10,144 nt of DNA from Thermoproteota archaeon (lineage in GTDB: Archaea; Korarchaeota; Korarchaeia; Korarchaeales; Korarchaeaceae): positions 1 through 10,144 of the forward strand of contig JAOZFG010000019.1 in assembly GCA_027491435.1 (NCBI GenBank), written 5' to 3'. A model generated the notes under the pieces. It searched no databases, was not told the DNA's origin, and saw nothing but the letters and a program-made list of their open reading frames with translations. The position numbers were made by a program, and so were the translations under genes. Positions within the stretch are counted from its first letter, which is position 1; each line of letters begins with the position of its first letter. This document shows positions 1 through 7,628 of this stretch, piece after piece.

Positions 1-290
1 CCGCTTGAGGCCTGTAAAATCACTATCGGTGATAAATGGTCACACTTTTTCTCCTTAGCCTTCTTAGGAGGATCAGCTCCCTCGGCTCTTACTTACTAAA
101 CAACCTTAGAGCTCTGTGTTCCGCGCTATCCAGCAACGGCTAGGGGAAGTTCATCACAGCTTCGTCCGCAACGTCCCTTTAAGGTCCTCCTTTCCACAGA
201 TGGCAGCGGCCCCTTCAGAACATTAATTTGTAGTACCACCCTCGGTTATTAGGACAAATTTTTGACTTAAATGGATGGCAACTAACTGAC

Positions 291-306
291 ATAAAATTTA
301 AAAGTA
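291..306 (+). promoter_or_regulatory. Putative archaeal promoter (A-rich BRE-like stretch + TTTAAAA TATA-like box) for the operon
   Basis: ATAAAATTTAAAAGTA lies ~55-65 nt upstream of the ATG at 359, in an AT-rich intergenic stretch. Position and consensus only. Confidence 0.4.
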
Positions 307-343
307 TACCCCCCTGATGGATTTCACGTTCTAGCTATTGATA

Positions 344-351
344 GGGGGTGA
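344..351 (+). promoter_or_regulatory. Shine-Dalgarno-like site GGGGGTGA
   Basis: 7 nt upstream of ATG at 359. It matches the archaeal-type SD also seen before cmr4 (GGAGGTG 2090-2096) and near the cmr5 start (GGGTGA 2974-2979). Confidence 0.55.
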
Positions 352-358
352 ACAATCC

Positions 359-970
359 ATGACTTCTGGGAGCTCTCCACAGGGAAGTAGTGGAGATGAC
401 TGTGCTAAAATAAATTTCGAGAAGAACTTATGTGAAGATAAAGGTAAAGATATATCCGAAATGTTTGGGAAGATATGGGGTGTAACCGATTCATCCTTAA
501 TAGTAGTGAGAGATATTATAGAAATAAGCAACGGACAAGGGGCAAAGAAATTAGCCATAAATAATGATAAAAAGAACGAGAAGAACGAGAATATAGATAA
601 CAATACAAGGATTAAAAAGATCTTCATATTATTTTGTAAATTAAGTAAGAAAACCTATATAAATAGCTTATTCGATAGTAATTTCTCTATAGGTAGCAAA
701 TCTATTATTAAATTTCTAGACTTCTGTTACGAAATAAACAATAGTAAGTTGTGTATAGCGGGTGATGCCATAGCCACCGACGTATGTGGTTCAGTGTACG
801 GCTTCCTGAAAATCTGCTTCGATTTGTCGAGCGGGCAATCAGAAGGACAGTCGAGTAACTCCAAAAAATCGAGTAACTCCAAAAAGGTAGTAGGGAAACT
901 TGTGCTACTGGTGGAGAAAATAGATTCGAGCACAGACAAGCCAGCCAAAGGAAGGACAACAACTAAGTGA
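359..970 (+). CDS. Hypothetical protein (~203 aa), first gene of the cmr operon; candidate Cmr-associated accessory protein
   Basis: The ORF track starts at TTG 338, but ATG 359 has a good SD. The stop is 7 nt before the cmr3 start, on the same strand. Low-complexity Ser/Gly/Lys/Asn termini and loops, 7 Cys, no motif I recognise. Confidence 0.7.
   Translation: MTSGSSPQGSSGDDCAKINFEKNLCEDKGKDISEMFGKIWGVTDSSLIVVRDIIEISNGQGAKKLAINNDKKNEKNENIDNNTRIKKIFILFCKLSKKTYINSLFDSNFSIGSKSIIKFLDFCYEINNSKLCIAGDAIATDVCGSVYGFLKICFDLSSGQSEGQSSNSKKSSNSKKVVGKLVLLVEKIDSSTDKPAKGRTTTK
572..589 (+). repeat. 9-bp in-frame tandem duplication AAGAACGAG x2 (KNE KNE)
   Basis: 572-580 and 581-589 are identical. Confidence 0.75.
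851..886 (+). repeat. 18-bp in-frame tandem duplication TCGAGTAACTCCAAAAA(A/G) x2 (SSNSKK x2)
   Basis: 851-868 vs 869-886, 17/18 identical. Confidence 0.9.
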
Positions 971-977
971 GAGAACC

Positions 978-2114
978 ATGACGGATGGCCTTACCCCCTA
1001 CGTGATCCTTCCCAACGCCCCCCTATTTCTAGGGTCAGGCAGGGGCTTCTCCCCATCCACCTCCTTCTGGGACGTCACTTTACCCTTACCTACTCCTTCC
1101 ACCCTGTTTGGGGCGTTTGGCAGGGCAATTTACGAGAACCTAGGCGTTAAAGAATGCGACAGATCTTGCAGAGAGGAGATACTGGAGAAAACGCCCAAGT
1201 TCATACCTTCGATAGCGGAGGTCAGCGGTGATGAGCTAGAGAATCTATATAGCGGGAACGACGTTAAGGCCAAGCTGTACCTGCCATCTCCCCCGATCGT
1301 GAGGAGAGGTGAGTGTATAAGCCTGCCCTGCCTGTCAGAATCAGATCGTTTACTGTTCAGCCCAAAATCACCAGACTGGATTTCCCTTGAGCAGCTCGTC
1401 CATCTGCTTAAATTTAGACGCCTTGAAGGAGAGCTAGACGCCATAGAGTTAGGTGAGGCCCTCTCCTTCGATGACAGGGTCGGGATTAAGCTCTCAGCCG
1501 ATAGGACGGCAGAGAAGGGTTACTTCTACAGGATCACATTGGTGAGTCCTAGGATAGACTTTGATGAGGAAAGGGCCTTCTTCCCTTCATTCCTGGCTGT
1601 AAATGAGGGAAATCAGGAGATAGAAGATTACATGCAGGTAACCTTGGGAGGGGAGAGGAGGGTCGCCATCGTAAGGAAGGTCGAGGTAGAGGGACTAAAT
1701 GACTTAGTTGACCTGCTAGCCAGGGAGAGCAGGTACTACCTCCTGCTGACCCCCGGCATATACTTGGAAACCCCTTGCAGCTTCTCTGAACTCTACACTA
1801 ATAGATCCTTTATAGGCTACTCTCGAGCTAGCGTTTTAGATAGGAGCTCGAGGAAATTCCCATCGAAGTATAGCTCTGTTCTAAGCTGTAGAAAGACGCT
1901 CCCAGCCCCAAAAGGGTTTAAGGCTTACGTGCGAAGGTGGGTGAGCCTACCTCTCACCCTCTGGCATAGGACCCAGGAGAGGGTACTTCTAAGAGCGGTT
2001 TCCGAGGGATCCGTACTGGTTGGAGATGAAGTTGATCGTAGGCCGGTATCCTTTGCTGAGGAGATTGGCTTCGGTTTTACGGTCTCTATGGAGGTGTGTG
2101 AATGTTGCACCTGA
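978..2114 (+). CDS. cmr3: Type III-B CRISPR RAMP protein Cmr3 (Cas5 group)
   Basis: N-terminal PLFLGSGRGF...LPLPTPSTLFGA, central RVGIKL..DRTAEKGYFY, TLGGERR glycine loop, YLLLTPG, C-terminal RAVSEGSV...IGFG. 378 aa; operon context. Confidence 0.9.
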   Translation: MTDGLTPYVILPNAPLFLGSGRGFSPSTSFWDVTLPLPTPSTLFGAFGRAIYENLGVKECDRSCREEILEKTPKFIPSIAEVSGDELENLYSGNDVKAKLYLPSPPIVRRGECISLPCLSESDRLLFSPKSPDWISLEQLVHLLKFRRLEGELDAIELGEALSFDDRVGIKLSADRTAEKGYFYRITLVSPRIDFDEERAFFPSFLAVNEGNQEIEDYMQVTLGGERRVAIVRKVEVEGLNDLVDLLARESRYYLLLTPGIYLETPCSFSELYTNRSFIGYSRASVLDRSSRKFPSKYSSVLSCRKTLPAPKGFKAYVRRWVSLPLTLWHRTQERVLLRAVSEGSVLVGDEVDRRPVSFAEEIGFGFTVSMEVCECCT

Positions 2115-2998
2115 TCATGGTGACTCTAACTCCCCTCCTGCCCTCCAGCGGGTTGGGCAGGGGAGTCATAGATAGGCCCGTTCAGAGGGACCAGGCCACG
2201 GCCTTGCCCACCATATACGGGAGCAGCGTTAAAGGCGCCATAAAGAGTTACCTGATCAGGAAAGGTCATAGGGAGAGGGCTGAGAGGGTGTTGGGAGGAG
2301 AGGAGGGAGGAAAGACTATACCATCGAAGGTTTCCATAGGAGACGCCCTTCTAATGGCCTTGCCTGTGCCTTCAAGGGATCGCTTCATCGTATGGCTGGT
2401 CCCAAAGATCAACCTGCTGAGGATGCTTAGCTACATTAGGGACTTCCGGCCCTGTGAAAGGGATTCGGAATATGAGGTCAAGGAGAACTTCAACCTTTAT
2501 ACTATGGCAGGGCCTGACCCTAACGATTCTGACCCTAATAATGAAAAAATTAATGTGATGGATTCGGTGATTCCGTTAAAAAAGTTAGAGAATAATGAGT
2601 TAAATCTTAAGAAGGTAACGGGTATCTTAGTTGACTCGTTAGACAAGACCTTCGGGGAGATGTTCGAGGAGTACAACGTGATCCTGTTGGAAAATAAGTA
2701 CGTGAGGCACTTCGTCGAGAAGGGGCTCGGAAAAAGGGCCAGAATAAAGATAGACTACGAGACTGGAACTGTGGAGTCTGGAAAGCTCTGGTACGAGGAG
2801 TATTATCCACCCTACACGGTGTTTTTCGTGCCGGTACTTCCAACGAGGACCTGTGAGCACCGAAACCTCCCTGAAAGGGGCGTATGTGAGCTCTTCCGAG
2901 ACCTTTCAGGTAGAACTGTGCCCTTCGGTGGCTCCTTAACCGTCGGGATGGGCTTTACAAAAGTCTACATGTTGGGTGATATGCTTGACCTTATATGA
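2102..2998 (+). CDS. cmr4: Type III-B CRISPR RAMP protein Cmr4 (Cas7 group, target-RNA-cleaving backbone subunit)
   Basis: VIDRPVQRD (D24 aligns by eye with the catalytic Asp), LPTIYGSSVKGAIK, DALLMALPVPS, RIKIDYETGTVESGKLWYEEY, GGSLTVGMG. SD GGAGGTG; overlaps cmr3 by 13 nt. Confidence 0.93.
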   Translation: MLHLIMVTLTPLLPSSGLGRGVIDRPVQRDQATALPTIYGSSVKGAIKSYLIRKGHRERAERVLGGEEGGKTIPSKVSIGDALLMALPVPSRDRFIVWLVPKINLLRMLSYIRDFRPCERDSEYEVKENFNLYTMAGPDPNDSDPNNEKINVMDSVIPLKKLENNELNLKKVTGILVDSLDKTFGEMFEEYNVILLENKYVRHFVEKGLGKRARIKIDYETGTVESGKLWYEEYYPPYTVFFVPVLPTRTCEHRNLPERGVCELFRDLSGRTVPFGGSLTVGMGFTKVYMLGDMLDLI

Positions 2999-3452
2999 CG
3001 GAATCTTCTACAGTAAGGAGTCTTATAAGGCGGCCTTAGTGGCCATCAACTCACTAGGTAAGGCCTACTCGCCGACCGTAAAGAAGTACCTGTTCATGCT
3101 AGAGCTAAGGGGCGTCGCCCCAACTCTGCTGAACCTGATAAAGAGCTCAAAACTTGATAACGGAAGATGTAAAAGCTTCTATGATAATCTGATCAGCTAT
3201 CTAAATGAAGAGGTAATTAGAGAGCCGGCTGACGGGGAGGATATTTTGCTCATACAGGTGCTCTCCCTAATTATAAGGATGAAGCCTGAGAGGTTCCGAT
3301 GCAAAAACTTAAGGGTCCTCCTCTGGTGCCTCATCGATGAGCTCATTCACGATTACCAGTTTAACCTGGAGGTCTACAGCTTGATCAAACCATTTCTTGA
3401 GAATTTAGCTGAGATATCAGAGGCCCTAGAGAGCGTCAGGGGGTTAAAATGA
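2976..3452 (+). CDS. cmr5: Type III-B small subunit Cmr5 (Cas11 group), divergent
   Basis: Small, helical-looking protein between cmr4 and cmr6. YSPTVKKYLFMLELRGVAPTL resembles the Cmr5 Y..vKk....I...Gl..Tl motif; C-terminal helix FLENLAEISEAL. Start uncertain (GTG 2976, or TTG 2985 after GGGTGA). Confidence 0.75.
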   Translation: MICLTLYDGIFYSKESYKAALVAINSLGKAYSPTVKKYLFMLELRGVAPTLLNLIKSSKLDNGRCKSFYDNLISYLNEEVIREPADGEDILLIQVLSLIIRMKPERFRCKNLRVLLWCLIDELIHDYQFNLEVYSLIKPFLENLAEISEALESVRGLK

Positions 3453-4309
3453 CAGAAAATGAGGTGAAAAATCCCCTGTACCCGATTTACTTCGTTCCGG
3501 AAGAACTTTTAAGCTCTAAAGTCGACTTTCCAAAGCTCCCTATAGAGCTAGTAGAGATAAAAGATAAGCATAAACATAAGAAAAAAGGGAAGGATTTCCG
3601 TAATATGTTAGGGGAATCCTCTTATTTTATCGAGGAAAGAGGAATTACTAAAAAATACTATGAGGCGGTGGTGAAGTCTCTTTCAGGGCTTCAAGATATC
3701 ACCCTAGTTGAAGTGACCGCCGTAACTGAGACGAGGCTTCTCGTAGGGGCCGGCCTTCCCCTGGATAATCTGGGCATATTCCTGGAGTTCCCTCACGGTT
3801 TACCCGTCATACCCGGTTCCTCCCTCAAGGGGTTTATCAGGAGCTACTTAAGGGCGGAGCTCTTTCAGGGATCTAAGTGCTTCCAAGAGTACGAGGAGCT
3901 GTTGTTCGGCAGTTCAGGTGAGGAGGGCTTTTCAGGCTCTGTTGTATTCGTTGGAGGCTTTCCCGTTGAGAGCGAGTCCGGCTTCTTCGACTTGGACGTG
4001 TTAGCCCCCCATTACTCGAAGTACTACAGGAATAGGGGTTCCATTGGCCCTGATGATTTTAAGGATGATGTTAAGCCCGTAAGGTACGTGGTGGTTAAGC
4101 CCGGAGTCACTTACAAGTTCTTGCTGCTTTTCCGGGATTTTCAGAAGTTGCCTTCCACTCTATTCTGCCGGTTCATCTCGGAATTTCAAAGGGCGTTAAA
4201 GGAGTACGGAGTTGGTTACGGGATCTCCAAGGGGTATGGGGTGTTCTCCTCGAAGGGGGTGAAGATAATCGATGAAACCGAGGGAGAGCTCATGCTTAGA
4301 AGCTGCTAG
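3449..4309 (+). CDS. cmr6: Type III-B CRISPR RAMP protein Cmr6
   Basis: RLLVGAG, HGLPVIPGSSLKGFIR, LLFGS, GSVVFVGGFP, LDVLAPHYSKYY, PVRYVVVKPG, GVGYGISKGYG. ATGA overlap with cmr5. Confidence 0.93.
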   Translation: MTENEVKNPLYPIYFVPEELLSSKVDFPKLPIELVEIKDKHKHKKKGKDFRNMLGESSYFIEERGITKKYYEAVVKSLSGLQDITLVEVTAVTETRLLVGAGLPLDNLGIFLEFPHGLPVIPGSSLKGFIRSYLRAELFQGSKCFQEYEELLFGSSGEEGFSGSVVFVGGFPVESESGFFDLDVLAPHYSKYYRNRGSIGPDDFKDDVKPVRYVVVKPGVTYKFLLLFRDFQKLPSTLFCRFISEFQRALKEYGVGYGISKGYGVFSSKGVKIIDETEGELMLRSC

Positions 4310-7300
4310 GATCTGGGGCCTCCTGCACGATCCTGTCATTAAGCCCATTATCATGAGAAGAATATCTCATAAAGAAGTAGCTCAAGAAATATGTAAAAAA
4401 TTATTTGGGGAAAGAATCAAAATTAAAATGCCCTTGGAGATTGAAGAACATCCGGATTTAATAGCTTCCGGCAGCGACAGGGAGCTTCCAACAAGCCGTC
4501 TTTCAGTGACATGGGCACATGAGGAAAGCATAGAGGTGCTTCACCCCCTATCCTACAGGAGGCTAGGATGTTCTAGGGATAAATGTTTAAATTATAGGAG
4601 TCCTGAGGGGATATCAGATTCGGAATTGCTACTAATGTCAATATTAGTTAAATTATCATTGGCAAGTAACTACAAAAAAACAAATAAATTCTCAGATTTC
4701 TATAAGAGTGTAGTCCCTGAAAAATTCAAGGAAATTGCCTACAGATTGTTGGGCTTCTTCGGCGATAACCCGGCTAAGGACCTCTGCTCAGATAACGATG
4801 GGGTTCCGATAACCTCTTCTCTCCTGTGGAGGGCTCTCCCCAAGATAACTGCTTGCCTCTACCTTTACAGCAAGGATTACTTTAAAGAGAGTGCGTTTGA
4901 GGATCTCCCCTTTGATGAGAAGCACGTCGGGTTTGTGGTTAAGAATCTACTACCTGCAGACACCAGATTTCCTTACAACCCTATTTATGACCATTTGGAA
5001 GCCACGATGGCCATAGCCCCTCTCTTGATGTTTGAGAGAGAAAAAGACGACTTCATCCACTACCTAATTTTCAAAGTTGATTCTATCGATGAGTTCTTGG
5101 CTGAATCGAGGACTACCGCAGACTTTTGGGCCTCTAGCATGTTGGTAAGCCTGATAACCTGGAAGGCAATTTACGACATAGTGAAACCCGAGCCAGATAA
5201 CCCTCACAGCTTGGCTAACGTAGTTTATCCCTCCCTTGACGGCTCTGTGTGGGCAGACCTTTATTTAGCGTCACTGATTAAGGATAAAAGAACCAGAAGT
5301 TGCTTCTTGAGGAACGTCGTCTGCGATAGGAGGCCCCTCCACGAGCTGCTGCTGAGGCCTGAGCTTCCAGGCACGTTCTTGGCCTGGGTGAGCAAAAATT
5401 ATTTGAACGATAGGGTGTTTATAGAAGATTCATATGAAGATTTAGTCGGCGATATAGTACGCAATTTCCTAAAATTGATCGAAAATGCCTCTGGTGGAAG
5501 CTCTAGCGATATGGAGAGCCCTCGGGAGGTCGTGCCTGCCACCGGCCATACGAAAAATGCCTCTGGTGGAAGCTCTAGCGATATGGAGAGCCTAAAACTG
5601 ATAGAGGGAGAGGCCATAGTACAGCTTGAAAGCACCCTGCCTAAAGTTAAGTACGAGCTGGTAGATTGGTTAACCGGACAGACCTACCGTAAAGGCTACG
5701 TTTTCAATAAAAATAAGTTAGGAGGGCTTATTTGCCAGATGGAACGCCTGAGTAATGAGTTATCCTACTATTCCGACTACCACGGAGATAATGCCAGAAG
5801 ACACGTCGGAGTTATAGAACGGCTTAGAGACCTCTTCTACTCCAAAGTGGCTGTAGGTGAGATCTACCCGGAGATTCACCACCTTGCCAAGTTCAGGCTA
5901 ATCACCCAGCCCAGCCAGGAGAGCTGGTCCGTTCAAAGGGCGCCTATGTGCACGGTCTGTGGGAAGAGGACGGCGCTGTTCGATAAAACCTTTGACCCCT
6001 TGGACCTGATTAGGCCTAGGGAAAGGCTTTGCGCCGTCTGTTACATGAAGAGGTCTTTAAGGAAGGTGAGGGACGACGACTCCCTCCTGGTGAGTTTGCT
6101 AAAAAGAGTGGGAATCCTAGACGACTCGTGTCTGTTTGAGGACAACATCAAGAATGAGTTAAGGAAGAGGTACCCTTCAACTGATGACTTGGCAGTGGCT
6201 CCCTACCTAAAATTATACCGTGATAGATTGGAAGATTTTATCAGTAAAATTAGAGAAGAATTAAGAAAAGAATTGGGAGAAAGGAAAATAAATGAAGAAA
6301 AGTTTGGAGAGAAAGAACTAAAGGAAAAAATAAAGGAATTGAAGAACGAGTTGAGGAAGAGGGATAAAGGGGAATCTAAGTGCAATGAGAGGGGGCTAAG
6401 GGAGACAGTCCAGAGTTTGGATAGCCTGATCTCCTACCTCACTTACTACGAGTGGTTTTTGGATTCAGAGCCAATTCCCGGGAGCCTCCTCTACAGGGAA
6501 GTGCATGAGGGAGCCCTTGAGGAAATAAAAAACCTGAAAAGGTTGGAATGTCTGCAGGGCGACTTTCAGAACCTAGATAAAGTTAGTAATCTGGCTAGTA
6601 GCGCCTTAAATAAATTGAAGGAGGTATACGGGGACGTGGGAGCTCCCAGCGATTATTACGCTGTCTTAATAGCCGACGTCGACGGAGTTGACGACTACAT
6701 CATGGGGGTGTTCGGGCCCTCCCTCAAGGAGGGAGTGCACTCCGGGGTCCTTAAGCTCATCGAATCAATAGAGGACTTCACTTCCTGGGTAGTCCCCACC
6801 AGGCATAAAGCGTTAAGTAGGCTCCTTAGGGAGTTCTGTCTATACCTAGGGCCTAAAGTAGTTGAGGAGAACTTAGGAATAACCGTTCTAGCTGGCGGCG
6901 ATGAGATCTACGCTCTGCTCCCTGGAAGCGAGGCTTTAAACGCTGCAGTTGTGATTGAGAGGGAGTTTTCAAAGCCCATCGTTGATTTGGGCGACAGGTT
7001 TATCTTCGGATCCGACAAATCGCTCACCGTCAGCTCCTCGATTGTCATAGCCCACAGGATGTTCCCCGTCGGCCAGGCATTCAGGAAGGCTAAGGAGCTC
7101 CTTGACAGGGTTAAGGCCTTTAGGAAGGGCTACGGGAGGATGTGGCCCGAAAGGATACGTCTCAGATGCAGGAACGTTGAGGGGGTTGAGGGCTGGATTG
7201 GGGTTAAGCTGATCAGCAGGGGAATGAAGGAGACAGAAGCTCTGCTGCCAGCCTCCGTGGCATCCTTGGCCCTCGACTTGATAAAGGTGGTGGAAGGCAG

Positions 7301-7628
7301 AGGGCCATGCCTCTTTTGCCTTGATGGGAATGGCCGTAGCAAGTTAAGCAGGAACTTTCTGTACGACGTTCAAGACGTCAAGAGGCATTGGGATAGATCT
7401 CAGGACTTGAGAGACCTCGTGAAGGTGCTTATCTGGAGGTGGATTGACAGGAACAGTTTAGAGCCTTCAGGGGTAGAGGACGTCAAGGGCTTAGTGGGAA
7501 AGGCGTTAAGCAAGTTGTACTGGTACGAGGACAACTTCGCTGAAAAGGGAGGAGAGCCTCAGAACCTCGTTGAACAGTTCCTGAATTTCCTGCTGATAGC
7601 TGATAAGGCCACGAGGGGAGGGACATGA
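4272..7628 (+). CDS. cas10: Cas10/Cmr2 large subunit with N-terminal HD domain, Zn-finger and variant Palm (GGDE) motif
   Basis: LLHDP..K (HD at 4326-4331), DLIASGSDR, HPLS, LPADTRFP....DH, Palm1 FLAESRTTADFWASS, CTVC...ERLCAVC.KR, YPST, YYAVLIADVD, HKALSR, AGGDEIYALLP, IVIAH..P. 1118 aa. Confidence 0.96.
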   Translation: MKPRESSCLEAARIWGLLHDPVIKPIIMRRISHKEVAQEICKKLFGERIKIKMPLEIEEHPDLIASGSDRELPTSRLSVTWAHEESIEVLHPLSYRRLGCSRDKCLNYRSPEGISDSELLLMSILVKLSLASNYKKTNKFSDFYKSVVPEKFKEIAYRLLGFFGDNPAKDLCSDNDGVPITSSLLWRALPKITACLYLYSKDYFKESAFEDLPFDEKHVGFVVKNLLPADTRFPYNPIYDHLEATMAIAPLLMFEREKDDFIHYLIFKVDSIDEFLAESRTTADFWASSMLVSLITWKAIYDIVKPEPDNPHSLANVVYPSLDGSVWADLYLASLIKDKRTRSCFLRNVVCDRRPLHELLLRPELPGTFLAWVSKNYLNDRVFIEDSYEDLVGDIVRNFLKLIENASGGSSSDMESPREVVPATGHTKNASGGSSSDMESLKLIEGEAIVQLESTLPKVKYELVDWLTGQTYRKGYVFNKNKLGGLICQMERLSNELSYYSDYHGDNARRHVGVIERLRDLFYSKVAVGEIYPEIHHLAKFRLITQPSQESWSVQRAPMCTVCGKRTALFDKTFDPLDLIRPRERLCAVCYMKRSLRKVRDDDSLLVSLLKRVGILDDSCLFEDNIKNELRKRYPSTDDLAVAPYLKLYRDRLEDFISKIREELRKELGERKINEEKFGEKELKEKIKELKNELRKRDKGESKCNERGLRETVQSLDSLISYLTYYEWFLDSEPIPGSLLYREVHEGALEEIKNLKRLECLQGDFQNLDKVSNLASSALNKLKEVYGDVGAPSDYYAVLIADVDGVDDYIMGVFGPSLKEGVHSGVLKLIESIEDFTSWVVPTRHKALSRLLREFCLYLGPKVVEENLGITVLAGGDEIYALLPGSEALNAAVVIEREFSKPIVDLGDRFIFGSDKSLTVSSSIVIAHRMFPVGQAFRKAKELLDRVKAFRKGYGRMWPERIRLRCRNVEGVEGWIGVKLISRGMKETEALLPASVASLALDLIKVVEGRGPCLFCLDGNGRSKLSRNFLYDVQDVKRHWDRSQDLRDLVKVLIWRWIDRNSLEPSGVEDVKGLVGKALSKLYWYEDNFAEKGGEPQNLVEQFLNFLLIADKATRGGT
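5482..5592 (+). repeat. Perfect 39-bp direct repeat separated by a 33-bp unique segment, in frame within cas10
   Basis: AAAATGCCTCTGGTGGAAGCTCTAGCGATATGGAGAGCC at 5482-5520 and 5554-5592. Period 72 nt; encodes NASGGSSSDMES twice. Confidence 0.95.

Noticed and set aside
331-962. Minus-strand ORFs 331-627, 708-962 and 727-948, including a hydrophobic signal-peptide-like N-terminus
   Set aside because: They are antisense to the + strand gene that has a promoter, SD and operon coupling. The Phe/Leu/Ser richness mirrors its A-rich Lys/Glu/Asn codons.
359-970. Naming the first ORF cmr7, csx1 or cas6
   Set aside because: No recognisable similarity: no CARF/HEPN RxxxxH and no Cas6 G-rich loop. Size and position alone are insufficient.
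2995-2998. ATGA overlap at the cmr4 stop as the cmr5 start, implying a frameshift
   Set aside because: That ATG opens only a 14-codon frame. In-frame GTG 2976 or TTG 2985 (the latter after GGGTGA) explains cmr5 without a frameshift.
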